DNA of 64,000 nt from Gemmatimonadota bacterium (GTDB lineage: Bacteria; Gemmatimonadota; Gemmatimonadetes; Palauibacterales; Palauibacteraceae), in NCBI GenBank assembly GCA_965116475.1, contig OZ220691.1, positions 1,568,001 to 1,632,000 of the forward strand. Direction: 5' to 3'. This document shows, in pieces, positions 9,757-19,089 of this stretch (positions within the stretch are counted from its first letter, which is position 1; every line of letters starts with the position of its first letter). The position numbers were made by a program, and so were the translations under genes. A model generated the notes under the pieces. It was not told where the DNA came from and ran no database searches. It was given only the letters and a program-made list of their open reading frames with translations.

Positions 9757-12129
9757 ATGAATCGGCGAATTCATCCCTTCGCGTTCCTGGCGGGTCCCAC
9801 TTTGGCGGCGGGGCTGGCGCTGGCGGTGCCCCAGGTCGCGGGCGCGCAGCAGTTCGGCGGCGCGCTGGCCGTGAGCGGCGACCAGGTGCTGGTGGGCGAA
9901 GCGGGCAACGGCACGATGTCGGGCATCGTGTGGGTCTACGGCCTGACGGCCTCGGGCTGGGCGGAGACGGGGCAGGTGACGGTGTCCGACGAGGTGCGCG
10001 TCCCGGACGGGTTCGGCCGATCGGTCGCCGCGCAGGGGGACTGGCTGTGGGCGGGGGCGCCGCTCGAGGCGGACGGGGCCGGCGCGGTCTACGTGTTCAG
10101 GTCCGACGGGCTGGGCGGCTGGGAGCGGGTGGCCCGGCTCGAGGCGCCGGAGGGCGCGCGGGCGTTCGGGAGCGCCATCGCGCTGATGGAGGGCGCCGCG
10201 ATCGTGTCTTCCCCCGGGGCGGACGACGGACGGGGGGCCGTGTTCTCGTACAACGTTGACTCGGAAGGAGCCGCATCCCCGGGCGCGGCGCTGCGGCGGA
10301 CGGACGGCGTGGCCACCGAGGGGTTCGGCACGGCGCTGGCCCTCGACGGGGAGACGCTGCTCGTCGGCACGCGCGAGTCCGGCGATGCGCCGCCCGTGGT
10401 GTTCGCCTTCGCGCGCGGCGGTTCGGGGGCCTGGACGGCGACCGGGACGCTCGAAGCGCCGGCGCTCCAGGAACGCAGCGGCTTCGGCGCCTCGCTCGCC
10501 GTGCGCGACGGCTTCGCGCTCGTGGGCGCCCCGACCCTCAGGGAGAGCGGCGGGGCGGTCTTCGCCTTCTCGCGGGGAGCCGACGGCTGGGCCATGGAGG
10601 CGCGGCTCGGCCCGCTCCTGCCCGAACCCAACGCGCAGTTCGGGTCCTCCATCGGCTTCGACGGCGACGACATCCTCATCGGGGCGCCGGGCAGCGGCCT
10701 GGGCGCCGGCACCCTGTACGCCTACCGCCGCGACGCCGCGGGGCAGTGGCGCGAGGCTTCCATCCTCCTGCGCTCTCCGCTCGGCGAGCGCGCCGGTTTC
10801 GCCGGTGCCGCCGCGCGATCCGGCGACCACCTCGTCATCGGCGCGACGGGCGTCGACTCGGGCGCCGGCGCCGCCGTCGTCTACGAACGGTCCGCCGGTG
10901 GCTCGTGGGAGGAGAGCGGCACGCTCGTCAACGACTACCGCGGCTTCCCCGCCATCGCCGGCGAGGAGATCGAGTGCAGCGACGGGCACGCGGACGTCTT
11001 CGAGTGCCGGGACGTGAACATCACCGCCTTCATGCCGATCAAGGACCTCGGCGGCACCCGCGCCACGCGCGTCAACGACATCTGGGGCTGGACCGACCCG
11101 GAGACGGGGCGTGAAATCGCGATCGTCGGGCGCACCGACGGCACGTCGTTCGTCGACGTCAGCGACCCGTACCACCCGCGCTTCCTCGGCGACCTGCCCG
11201 CCACCGAGGGCTCGCGGCACATGATCTGGCGCGACATCAAGGTGTATCGCGACCACGCCTATATCGTCGCGGACGCCGCGCTGGAGCACGGCGTACAGGT
11301 GTTCGACCTGCGGCAACTGCGGGACGTGGGCGCCGAACCCGTGACGTTCGAGGAGACGTTCCTCTACGACGGGATCCACTCGGCCCACAACATCGTCATC
11401 AACGAGGAGACCGGCTTCGCCTACGCCGTCGGGAACAGCGGCGGCGGCGAGACGTGCGGCGGCGGCCTCCACATGATCGATCTCGAGGATCCGGCCCAGC
11501 CCGTCTTCGCGGGCTGCTTCGCGCAGGAGGGGACGGGACGCCGGGGCACGGGCTACGTGCACGACGCGCAGTGCGTCACCTACCGCGGCCCCGACACCGA
11601 GCACGCCGGCAAGGAGATCTGCCTCGGCTCGAACGAGACGGCGTTCAACATCGCCGACGTGAGCGACAAGGACGCGCCGGTCGGCCTCGCCACGATCGAC
11701 TATCCGAACGTCGCCTACGCGCACCAGGGCTGGCTGACCGACGACCACCGCTACTTCTACATGAACGACGAGGGGGATGAGCCCCAGGGTCTGGTGGAGG
11801 GCACGCGCACGCTGGTGTGGGACGTGACGGACCTCGACGATCCGATCCTCGTCACCGAGTACATCGCGGAGACGACGGCCACCGACCACAACCTCTACAT
11901 CGTCGGCGACCTCATGTACCAGTCGAACTACTCCGCCGGCTTCCGCGTCCTCGACATCTCGGACCCCGAGAACCCGGTCGAGATCGGCTTCTTCGACACC
12001 TCGCCCTACCAGGGCGGCGCGTCGTGGAGCAACTACCCCTACTTCGCGAGCGGGACGATCGCCGTGACGGGGACCGGAGACGGACTCTTCCTGCTCAAGA
12101 ACATGGCGAGACCCCGCCTCGTGCCGTGA
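9757..12129 (+). CDS. Choice-of-anchor B family protein with N-terminal FG-GAP repeats
   Basis: FGxxxA...VGAP repeats; NDIWGWTDP, WRDIKVY, YVHDAQC, YAHQGW, DHNLY; SD AGGAG. Confidence 0.88.
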   Translation: MNRRIHPFAFLAGPTLAAGLALAVPQVAGAQQFGGALAVSGDQVLVGEAGNGTMSGIVWVYGLTASGWAETGQVTVSDEVRVPDGFGRSVAAQGDWLWAGAPLEADGAGAVYVFRSDGLGGWERVARLEAPEGARAFGSAIALMEGAAIVSSPGADDGRGAVFSYNVDSEGAASPGAALRRTDGVATEGFGTALALDGETLLVGTRESGDAPPVVFAFARGGSGAWTATGTLEAPALQERSGFGASLAVRDGFALVGAPTLRESGGAVFAFSRGADGWAMEARLGPLLPEPNAQFGSSIGFDGDDILIGAPGSGLGAGTLYAYRRDAAGQWREASILLRSPLGERAGFAGAAARSGDHLVIGATGVDSGAGAAVVYERSAGGSWEESGTLVNDYRGFPAIAGEEIECSDGHADVFECRDVNITAFMPIKDLGGTRATRVNDIWGWTDPETGREIAIVGRTDGTSFVDVSDPYHPRFLGDLPATEGSRHMIWRDIKVYRDHAYIVADAALEHGVQVFDLRQLRDVGAEPVTFEETFLYDGIHSAHNIVINEETGFAYAVGNSGGGETCGGGLHMIDLEDPAQPVFAGCFAQEGTGRRGTGYVHDAQCVTYRGPDTEHAGKEICLGSNETAFNIADVSDKDAPVGLATIDYPNVAYAHQGWLTDDHRYFYMNDEGDEPQGLVEGTRTLVWDVTDLDDPILVTEYIAETTATDHNLYIVGDLMYQSNYSAGFRVLDISDPENPVEIGFFDTSPYQGGASWSNYPYFASGTIAVTGTGDGLFLLKNMARPRLVP

Positions 12130-12581
12130 GCCCGGCAGCCCACGACGAAACCCCCGCTTCGGGCTTCGGGGGCCGACCGATCATCCTCTTCGACGGCGTC
12201 TGCAACCTGTGTGCGGGCGCCGTCCGCTTCATCATCCGCCGCGACCGCCGCGCGCGCTTCCGGTTCGCCGCCCTCCAGTCCGACGTGGGACGCCGGATCC
12301 TCGCGGCGACGGGGGTCGAGACACCCGGACCCGGCGAGCCTCCGCGGTCGCTGGTTCTGTTCGCGGGGGGAAAGGTCTATCGCGGCAGCACCGCCGCCCT
12401 GCTCATCCTGGCCGGGCTCGGCCGCGCCTGGCCGTTCGTCGCGACGCTCCTCGTCATCCCCTCCCCGCTTCGCAACCTCGTCTACCGCTTCGTAGCCCGG
12501 AACCGCTACCGCTGGTTCGGCAGGAAGACCGCCTGCGAACTCCCCCCGACCGACGAAAGCTGGCGCTTCCTCGACGCCTGA
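12126..12581 (+). CDS. DCC1-like thiol-disulfide oxidoreductase family protein (YuxK-like)
   Basis: FDGVCNLC, FAALQS, YRFVARNRYRWFG; GTGA overlap with the upstream gene. Confidence 0.9.
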   Translation: MSPAAHDETPASGFGGRPIILFDGVCNLCAGAVRFIIRRDRRARFRFAALQSDVGRRILAATGVETPGPGEPPRSLVLFAGGKVYRGSTAALLILAGLGRAWPFVATLLVIPSPLRNLVYRFVARNRYRWFGRKTACELPPTDESWRFLDA

Positions 12582-12586
12582 CGTCG

Positions 12587-12619
12587 ATCCGGGTGCGTCC
12601 GCACCGGACACTCCGGATT
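12587..12619. terminator. Hairpin between convergent genes
   Basis: Nested pairs ATCCGG/CCGGAT, GTG/CAC and TCCG/CGGA. Confidence 0.4.
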
Positions 12620-12620
12620 T

Positions 12621-13028
12621 CTACAGGGAACCCCGTGGGGCGACCCACTCGGTCGCCTGTCCGGTGGCCGCCGCGATGGTGTCAAAGTCCGCATCGTAGT
12701 GAAGCACGGTCATGTCGGAGGCTTCGGCGGCAGCGGCAATGATCAGATCCGCGATCGGCACCCGGTGTTGAGCGCGGCGAGCGAGCAGTCCTTGCACTGC
12801 GATGGCCCGCTGAAACATCGCTTCCGTGAGTGGAACGTGACGGTACGCCAACGCACGCCGGGCCCGCGTTCGCGCGTGCTCCTCGCCATTACGGGTGGAG
12901 TAGAGCACTTCCAGGTCGATGATCGCGCAGGTCGCGGCCTGGCCCGTCTCGATGACCGGCGTGAGTCGTGCCTGGACCCGGGGATGCGCCATGCGGGCCA
13001 GCGCGCTCTTGTCGATAAGGTAGGCCAC
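12621..13028 (-). CDS. vapC: PIN domain toxin, VapC family
   Basis: YLIDKSAL, DLEVLYS, DLIIAAAA, LHYDADF acidic PIN motifs. Confidence 0.92.
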   Translation of the reverse strand: MAYLIDKSALARMAHPRVQARLTPVIETGQAATCAIIDLEVLYSTRNGEEHARTRARRALAYRHVPLTEAMFQRAIAVQGLLARRAQHRVPIADLIIAAAAEASDMTVLHYDADFDTIAAATGQATEWVAPRGSL

Positions 13029-13049
13029 TCGCGTTCGACCTGGACTGGT

Positions 13050-13259
13050 TCAGGAACGCCAGGCGCCGGCCATGACCTGCTCGTTCGATAGTTCGAGCCC
13101 GTCCATCGTCGCCAGTGCCTCGATTTCCTGGCGTCGCGCCTCCCGCCGCAGGACCTCGCGCAAGGCGGAGTCGATCGTCTCCTTGATGGAAGACGTCCCA
13201 AGGAGGGCCCGAACTTGTTCGATGAGCCCGTCGTCGATTTCCACGCTGGTTTTCCTCAC
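13050..13259 (-). CDS. vapB: Type II antitoxin, VapB family
   Basis: RKTSVEIDDGLI...KETIDSALRE; directly upstream of the PIN gene; SD GGAGG. Confidence 0.9.
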   Translation of the reverse strand: MRKTSVEIDDGLIEQVRALLGTSSIKETIDSALREVLRREARRQEIEALATMDGLELSNEQVMAGAWRS

Positions 13260-13285
13260 CCGGCCCCTCCCTGGTCGCCGCTACG

Positions 13286-13313
13286 GATATACAATTTATG
13301 TAAAAAATATATC
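13286..13313. promoter_or_regulatory. AT-rich imperfect palindrome, probable vapBC promoter/operator
   Basis: GATATA...TATATC inverted repeat about 27 nt upstream of vapB. Confidence 0.5.
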
Positions 13314-13334
13314 TAACTCAAGAACGAGAAGATA

Positions 13335-15155
13335 TCACATGCGTTCGTGGACGATGCGGCCGCCGACGATCGTGTACAGCGCCTCGGCCTCGAGCAGGCG
13401 GGCGGGGTCGTTTCGGCCGGCTTCGATCAGGTCCACGTCGAACACGGCGATGTCCGCCAGCTTGCCGGGTGTCAGCGTGCCCTTGATGTCCTCCTCGAAC
13501 GAGGCCCAGGCCGGGTTCCGCGTGTACGCCTCGATCGCCTCCTCGATCGTGAGCCGCTGCTCCGGGAACCAGCCCTCGGCGGGCTCGCCGCTGAGCGTCT
13601 GCCGGCTCACCGCCGCGTACAGTCCGTACCTCGGGTGGAGGAAGTAGCGGGCCGCGTTCGTCCCGGGGCTGTCGCTCCCGAACACGAGCACCGCCCCCGC
13701 GTCCCTGAGCGACCGGAACGCGTACGCGCCGCGCGACCGCCCGCCGATCCTCTCCTCCATCCACCGCATGTCGTCCGAGATGTGGTACGGGTTCACCTCC
13801 GCCACGAGGTTGAGTTCGCCGAAACGGTGGAAGTCCGCCTCCTCCACCACCTGTGCGTGGATCATCCGCCACCGGTGATCCGCCTCGATCATGTCGTGCT
13901 CGCTCAACACGGCCTCAAACAGGTCGAGCAGGATCTTCACCGCCTTGTCGCCGATGGCGTGGATGTGGGGCGGGAGGCCGGTGGGCACCGCCTCCTCCAT
14001 GAGCCGCTGCAGGTTCCCCTCGGGGAACTCGGCGTAGTTCTGGCCCCGGGTCAGGGAGAGGGCGAGGCCGTCGATGCCCTCGGGAAGCATGATCTGGCGC
14101 ACGATCCCGAAGTTGCCCGGCGCGTGGTCGTACTGCTCGTAGAACATCGCGCTGGAGCCGCCCATGATCCCGTCGACCCAGGCCTTGTAGCCGATGAAGC
14201 GGAGCCAGTCGTCGCCGAAGCCGCGGGTGATCCCGAGCCCGCCGGTGTGGGTCACGTTGTCGAGCGAGGGACGGATGTTGATGCGGGCGGTCAGTTCGCC
14301 GCGGGCGTGCAGTTCCTGGTAGGCGCGGAACTGCTCGGAGGAGGTGATGTCCTGGATCGTGGTGACGCCGCCCTCGCGGGCCTCCCGGAGCACGGCGCGG
14401 ACCTCGGTGAGGCGCTGCTCGAACGACTTGGGCGTGATGGCGGCCCGGACGAGGTCGACGGCGGAGCCCGTGAGGATGCCCGTGACCCGCCCGTCCTCGT
14501 CCTTCGCGATCATGCCGCCGGGCGGTGACGGCGTGGCGTCCGTGATGCCCGCCATGTCGAGCGCGAGGCTGTTCGCGAGATAGACGAAACGGTCGAAGCG
14601 GTTCACGAGGACGGGGTGATTCGGGGTCACGTCGTCGATGAGGTCGCGGTGCGGCGTGAACGGCCCGCCGGAACTCGCCTCGCCGCCCGCCGCGGCGGCG
14701 CCCTCTTCGCGGCCGGTCGATCCCGCCTCCCAGTCCTCGTAGGCGCCCCAGTCGCCGCGCGTGATCCAGCTGCCGGGCGCCAGGCGCTCGGCCGCGCGCG
14801 CGATCTCCGCGCGGAAGCCTTCCGGTTCGTGCACTTCGAGCAGGTTCACGCCCACGATCAGCGCCCCGGTGCTCTCCACGTGCACGTGGCCGTCGTTGAA
14901 GCCGGGCGAGACGAAGGCGCGGTCCAGGTCGATGACGCGCGTGTCCGGGCCCACGAGCGCCTCGGCCTCCGCGTTCGATCCGACGACGGCGATGCGCTCG
15001 CCGCGAACCGCGATCGCCTCGGCGGCGGGCCGCGCCTCGTCGAGCGTGTACACGTCGCCGTTGATGAGGACGAGGTCCGCCGGTTCCCCGGGTCCGCTTC
15101 CTCCGCAGGCCGTCGCGAGGACCGTCGCCGCAGCCGCCAGTGTCCGTGTTTTCAT
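13335..15155 (-). CDS. Amidohydrolase (YtcJ/Amidohydro_3-like), lipoprotein
   Basis: PGFNDGHVH, KAWVDG, HAIGD, IHAQ, GSD, GKLAD; lipobox LATAC. Confidence 0.9.
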   Translation of the reverse strand: MKTRTLAAAATVLATACGGSGPGEPADLVLINGDVYTLDEARPAAEAIAVRGERIAVVGSNAEAEALVGPDTRVIDLDRAFVSPGFNDGHVHVESTGALIVGVNLLEVHEPEGFRAEIARAAERLAPGSWITRGDWGAYEDWEAGSTGREEGAAAAGGEASSGGPFTPHRDLIDDVTPNHPVLVNRFDRFVYLANSLALDMAGITDATPSPPGGMIAKDEDGRVTGILTGSAVDLVRAAITPKSFEQRLTEVRAVLREAREGGVTTIQDITSSEQFRAYQELHARGELTARINIRPSLDNVTHTGGLGITRGFGDDWLRFIGYKAWVDGIMGGSSAMFYEQYDHAPGNFGIVRQIMLPEGIDGLALSLTRGQNYAEFPEGNLQRLMEEAVPTGLPPHIHAIGDKAVKILLDLFEAVLSEHDMIEADHRWRMIHAQVVEEADFHRFGELNLVAEVNPYHISDDMRWMEERIGGRSRGAYAFRSLRDAGAVLVFGSDSPGTNAARYFLHPRYGLYAAVSRQTLSGEPAEGWFPEQRLTIEEAIEAYTRNPAWASFEEDIKGTLTPGKLADIAVFDVDLIEAGRNDPARLLEAEALYTIVGGRIVHERM

Positions 15156-15226
15156 ATTTTTTATGCTTCTCATGCTTCGTCCCTGGATCGGTGTTTCGGG
15201 GGCGCCGGCGTGCAGCGGGCCGGCGT

Positions 15227-15751
15227 TCAGCGGGCCGGGATGCGTTCCCAGACGAGCGTGCCGACGGCGCCTCCGCCGCGCGCGGGGTCCGGTTCGGTGC
15301 TCAGGATCAGCCGGTCCGGCCCGTCGAAGGCGAAGGAGCGCGGCCGGTCCGAGCCGACCCAGCTCGGAAGCAGCGCGCCCTCCACGTGGTGCGTGACGAC
15401 ACCCGCCTCCATGTCGACGCTGTAATCCCCGTAGTAGGAGAAGAAACCGCCGAGGATCGCGTCGCGCATCTCCTGTCCGCCGACCTCCGCGGCGTCGGGG
15501 AGTTCCCGCCCCACCTGCATCAGCTGCGCGGACATGCGGCCGTCGGCCGTGTACGCCATCTGGCCGGCGGGGTTCCCGTCGTAGGGAAGCGTCACCTCGC
15601 CTGCCGCGCTACGGCTCTCCCACGAGGCGAGCGACCACGCCCCGACGAAGGGGTTGTCCGCTTCGCCGGCGGGCTCCGGGGCGCAGCCCGCGGCCAAAGC
15701 CAGGGTCAGGGCGCAGCAGACGCCGCGCACCGGGGGATGGATCGCAGACAT
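15227..15751 (-). CDS. Lipocalin-like domain lipoprotein
   Basis: FVGAWSLASWE, G.MAYTADGRMS, YYGDY, LVWER; lipobox LAAGC. Confidence 0.85.
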   Translation of the reverse strand: MSAIHPPVRGVCCALTLALAAGCAPEPAGEADNPFVGAWSLASWESRSAAGEVTLPYDGNPAGQMAYTADGRMSAQLMQVGRELPDAAEVGGQEMRDAILGGFFSYYGDYSVDMEAGVVTHHVEGALLPSWVGSDRPRSFAFDGPDRLILSTEPDPARGGGAVGTLVWERIPAR

Positions 15752-15874
15752 TCGCACCTCCGCTTCGCTGGGCCGCGCGTGTCTTCAGCGGTCTGGCAGC
15801 CCGTGGCTGCAAGGGACGATAGGTCCAACCCCGGCGCCTTTCCACCGCGGCTTTGTCCCGCAACGTCTTCGGCC

Positions 15875-15892
15875 ACGTTCCCGCGGGAACGT
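15875..15892. repeat. Perfect palindrome ACGTTCCCGCGGGAACGT (parS-like)
   Basis: Same core recurs at 29510 and 29583. Confidence 0.7.
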
Positions 15893-15981
15893 CTTGAGCT
15901 TCGGCCACGCGCGGATCGCCGACCCTCTCGGCAGGGGGCGATGTCCCTTGTACCTTCCGTGTCCGGCCCGAAGGCAGCGGC

Positions 15982-17514
15982 ATGAAGCAGTGGTCCCATA
16001 GCGGGAGTCCCGGCTTGGTCGATCGTGAATCGAAGGCCGACGACGGATTGAATCCGGAGGACTTCACCCTCCCGTCGCTCCGGCCGCGCGACCTGCTCGC
16101 GCACTTCGGCCCCGGACTGATCCTCATGATGACGGGGATCGGAACGAGCCACGTCGTGACCGCGCCAACGGCCGGCGGCCGGTTCGCCTACGCTCTCCTC
16201 TGGTGCCTGCCCGTCGCCTACGTCTTCAAGTACTACGGGTTCGAGATGGCCTTCCGGTTCACCAACGCCACCGGGAAGAGTCTCCTAGAGGCCTATGCCA
16301 CGGCGCGCTGGAAGTGGCCGCTCTGGTACGTGATGGCGACGACGCTCATCCAGTGCGCCATCGGCCAGGCGGGGCGGCTGATCGCCGCGGCCGCCGTCCT
16401 CTACTACCTGTTCAGCGAGTACCTGGGCCTTCCCGTCCCGCTCGAGGCGTACGCGGCGCTGCTCGGCGTGGTCTCCGTGGGGATCATCCTCCGGGGCAGT
16501 TACAAGGCGGTCGAGAACACGACGAAGGCGCTCGCGGGCGTCCTCGTCCTCTCCTCGGTCGCCGTCTACATCGTCCAGCCGGCGCCGCTCGCCGAGATGG
16601 GACGCTTCTTCCTCTTCGAGATCCCCGATGGATCGTGGCTCGTGATCGCGGGTTTCCTCGGACTCCTGCCCACCGGCATCGACGTCTCGCTGCAGGCGTC
16701 GGAGTGGGGGAAGGCGAAGCGCGCGGGCATGAGCAAGGTCCGGCCCCACCTCGAGGCGACCGGCGTGGCGCCTCGCTTCGACCCCTTCACCTCGCCCGCC
16801 TCCGACCTCGCGGTCGATACCTCGCGGCTGTCGCCGCACGCGCGCGAGTACTGCCGGCGCTGGTTCCGGATCGGGCTGTGGGACTTCCGGACCGGCCACA
16901 TCGTCTCGTTCGTGCTCGCGGCGATCTTCGTCCTGCTCGCCGCGGTGTGGCTCTATCCGAGCCCGATCGAGGGACGCGCCGTCATGGGAGAGATCGCGGG
17001 CATCTTCACGCTCAGCGTGGGGCCGGGGATGATGATGATCTTCATGCTCGGCGCGCTCGCGGCCACGTATTCCACGGCCTTCAACTACTTCGACGGCTGG
17101 CCGCGCATCGTCGGCGCCTGCTGCCGGAACCTCTTCCGCACGACGGCGCGCCTGAACGGGATATCGCCCGAGGACCGCGCCGATTCCGAACGCCGCCGGA
17201 CCTGGAACTCCGAGTACAACATCTACCGGCTGACGATGTTCTACTCGCTCATCGCTTCGGTCCTCTACATCACCTTCGACCCGCGTCCCGTGTTCCTCGT
17301 GCTCGTCGCGTCGGCGCTCGCCTTCTTCGTCGCGCCCGTGATCTACTTCTTCAACCTCTACTTCTGCCTGAAGGTGATCCCGAAGGAGGACGAACTCTTC
17401 TACCCATCCTGGTTCGCGCGATGGTTCGGCGGGCTGAGCCTGCTCATCTTCGCGGGCCTGTGCGGCATCCTGATCTTCGCGCGCGTGTTCCGGATCCCCC
17501 TGTTCGGCGCGTAG
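15982..17514 (+). CDS. Nramp-family divalent cation transporter-like protein
   Basis: GPGLILMMTGIGTSHVV, KYYGFEMAFRF, DGWPR; many TM helices; start uncertain. Confidence 0.82.
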   Translation: MKQWSHSGSPGLVDRESKADDGLNPEDFTLPSLRPRDLLAHFGPGLILMMTGIGTSHVVTAPTAGGRFAYALLWCLPVAYVFKYYGFEMAFRFTNATGKSLLEAYATARWKWPLWYVMATTLIQCAIGQAGRLIAAAAVLYYLFSEYLGLPVPLEAYAALLGVVSVGIILRGSYKAVENTTKALAGVLVLSSVAVYIVQPAPLAEMGRFFLFEIPDGSWLVIAGFLGLLPTGIDVSLQASEWGKAKRAGMSKVRPHLEATGVAPRFDPFTSPASDLAVDTSRLSPHAREYCRRWFRIGLWDFRTGHIVSFVLAAIFVLLAAVWLYPSPIEGRAVMGEIAGIFTLSVGPGMMMIFMLGALAATYSTAFNYFDGWPRIVGACCRNLFRTTARLNGISPEDRADSERRRTWNSEYNIYRLTMFYSLIASVLYITFDPRPVFLVLVASALAFFVAPVIYFFNLYFCLKVIPKEDELFYPSWFARWFGGLSLLIFAGLCGILIFARVFRIPLFGA

Positions 17515-17582
17515 CCTTCCGACGAAAGACGCCCCTCCGGCGAAGACGGGAGCCGACGAAGCCGGGACCGGCTACCGGCCCG

Positions 17583-18017
17583 CTAGCCTCTGAGGCGCTG
17601 CACGAACCACCAGTAGTGACCCTCGAGGTCCCGGACTTCGTAGCTGCGGTCTGACCAGTAGTCCTCGCCGTAGTCCTGGGTGGCCGGCTCGGTGGTGATC
17701 GCGGCGCCGGCGGCCCGGGCCCGCTCGCAGTGGGCGTCGGCGTCGTCGACGTAGACCATGAGCGACTGCGTGTTCGCACCGTCCGCGGCGCGTGGGGATC
17801 GCGGATACGTCCGCCCCGGCGTGAGCCCGGCCTGCCCGACCATGATGAGGCCGCCGTTCAGGGCGAGTTGGGAATGCACGACCTGCCCCTGCTCGTTCTC
17901 GATTCTCTCCCGCACCTCGAACCCGAACGCCTCCGCCAGCCAGTCGATCGCGGCCCCGGCGTCGTCGTAGAACACCGCGGGAGTGATGCGCGGCCAGCCG
18001 TCGGGAGGGTTCTTCAT
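17583..18017 (-). CDS. VOC (glyoxalase/bleomycin resistance) family protein
   Basis: AAIDWLAEAFGFE, VYVDDADAH, RDLEGHYWWF. Confidence 0.9.
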   Translation of the reverse strand: MKNPPDGWPRITPAVFYDDAGAAIDWLAEAFGFEVRERIENEQGQVVHSQLALNGGLIMVGQAGLTPGRTYPRSPRAADGANTQSLMVYVDDADAHCERARAAGAAITTEPATQDYGEDYWSDRSYEVRDLEGHYWWFVQRLRG

Positions 18018-18041
18018 GAGTTCTTCATCAGTTCTTCATGA
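18009..18041. repeat. 3 x 11-bp tandem repeat GTTCTTCAT(G/C)A spanning a stop/start junction
   Basis: Read directly from the sequence. Confidence 0.85.
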
Positions 18042-19013
18042 TGGGTAGGCGCCGGCGGCGCGGGCGCGCTGGCGGACGAGGGCGAGGACCACGTCGATCG
18101 TGGGGGTGGGGACGTCGACCATGCGGCCCATCTCCTGGACCGCGGTGACGAGGGCGTCGATCTCCATGGGACGGCCCTTGTCGAGGTCCTGCAGCATCGA
18201 CGTGCGGTGCGCGCCGACCGCCTCGATTCCGTTGATCCGGCGCTCGATATCGATGGAGAAGCGGGCGCCCAGGGCCTCGGCGACCGCCTGCCCCTCGAGC
18301 ATCATCGTCTTCGCGACGGCGCGCGTGTCGGGGTCCCGGGCAATGGTGTCCACCGTCTCGTGCGTGAGGGCGCTGATCGGATTGAAGGCGACGTTCCCCC
18401 ACAGCTTCACCCACATCTCGTTGCGGATTCCCCGCACCGGAGCCCTGAATCCGGCGTCGATCAACGCGCGCGCCAGCCGCCGCACGCGCTCGGTCTTCTC
18501 GCCGCTGGGCTCGCCGAGCGTGAACCGGTTGTACTTCAGGTGGCGGATGACGCCGGGCTCCGACACCTCGGTGGCCGCGTACACGACGCAGCCGATCACG
18601 CGCTCCGGGCCGATCCCGTCCCACTGCACGCCGCCGGGGTCGAGGCTCTCGAGGCGCCGGTCGCGCCACGGTCCGTCGAGCTGGTAGAAGTACCACCACG
18701 GGAGACCGTTCGTCGCCGTGACGACCGCCGTGTCGGGCCCGAGCAGGGGCTGCATCGCGTCCACGATCCAGGGGACGGAATGCGCCTTGAGCGTGACGAT
18801 CACGTAATCCTGCGGCTCCACCTCCGCCGGGTCGTCCGTGCAGCGGGGGTGGGCGACGCGCTCCTCGCCGTCGATGAGCAGGCGGACGCCGTGGCGCTGC
18901 ATCGCCTCCAGGTGCGGGCCGCGCGCGATCAGCGTGACGTCCCGCCCCGCGAGCGCCAGTTGCGCGCCGAGGTAGCCCCCGATCGCGCCGGCTCCGTAGA
19001 TGCAGATCCGCAT
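18036..19013 (-). CDS. Ketopantoate reductase family protein (probable oxalyl-CoA reductase, PanE2-like)
   Basis: GAGAIGG, NGLPWWYF, WVKLWGN, TSMLQD, EID; follows an oxalate-CoA ligase-like gene. Confidence 0.85.
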   Translation of the reverse strand: MRICIYGAGAIGGYLGAQLALAGRDVTLIARGPHLEAMQRHGVRLLIDGEERVAHPRCTDDPAEVEPQDYVIVTLKAHSVPWIVDAMQPLLGPDTAVVTATNGLPWWYFYQLDGPWRDRRLESLDPGGVQWDGIGPERVIGCVVYAATEVSEPGVIRHLKYNRFTLGEPSGEKTERVRRLARALIDAGFRAPVRGIRNEMWVKLWGNVAFNPISALTHETVDTIARDPDTRAVAKTMMLEGQAVAEALGARFSIDIERRINGIEAVGAHRTSMLQDLDKGRPMEIDALVTAVQEMGRMVDVPTPTIDVVLALVRQRARAAGAYPS

Positions 19014-19017
19014 CAGC

Positions 19018-19089
19018 GGGCCGGGCGGCGCCCGTGGGCCGGGCGGCGCCCGTGGGCCGGCCGGCTCCCGCGGGCCCGGCGGCTCACGT
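19018..19089. repeat. 4 x 18-bp GC-rich tandem repeat
   Basis: GGGCCGGGCGGCGCCCGT unit; the last copy contains the stop codon of the ligase gene. Confidence 0.8.

Noticed and set aside
8335..11889. Very long antisense or alternate-frame ORFs (e.g. 1184 aa here, 999 aa at 23955, 873 aa at 3332)
   Set aside because: They shadow well-supported genes, are Arg/Pro/Gly-rich with no family motifs, and are expected at this GC content.
15760..15981. Metal-sensing (yybP-ykoY) riboswitch upstream of the Nramp-like gene
   Set aside because: Hairpins are present but I could not find the conserved riboswitch motifs.
18036..19013. Calling this gene panE as partner of panB
   Set aside because: It is 14 kb from panB and tightly linked to an oxalate-CoA ligase-like gene; symbol withheld.
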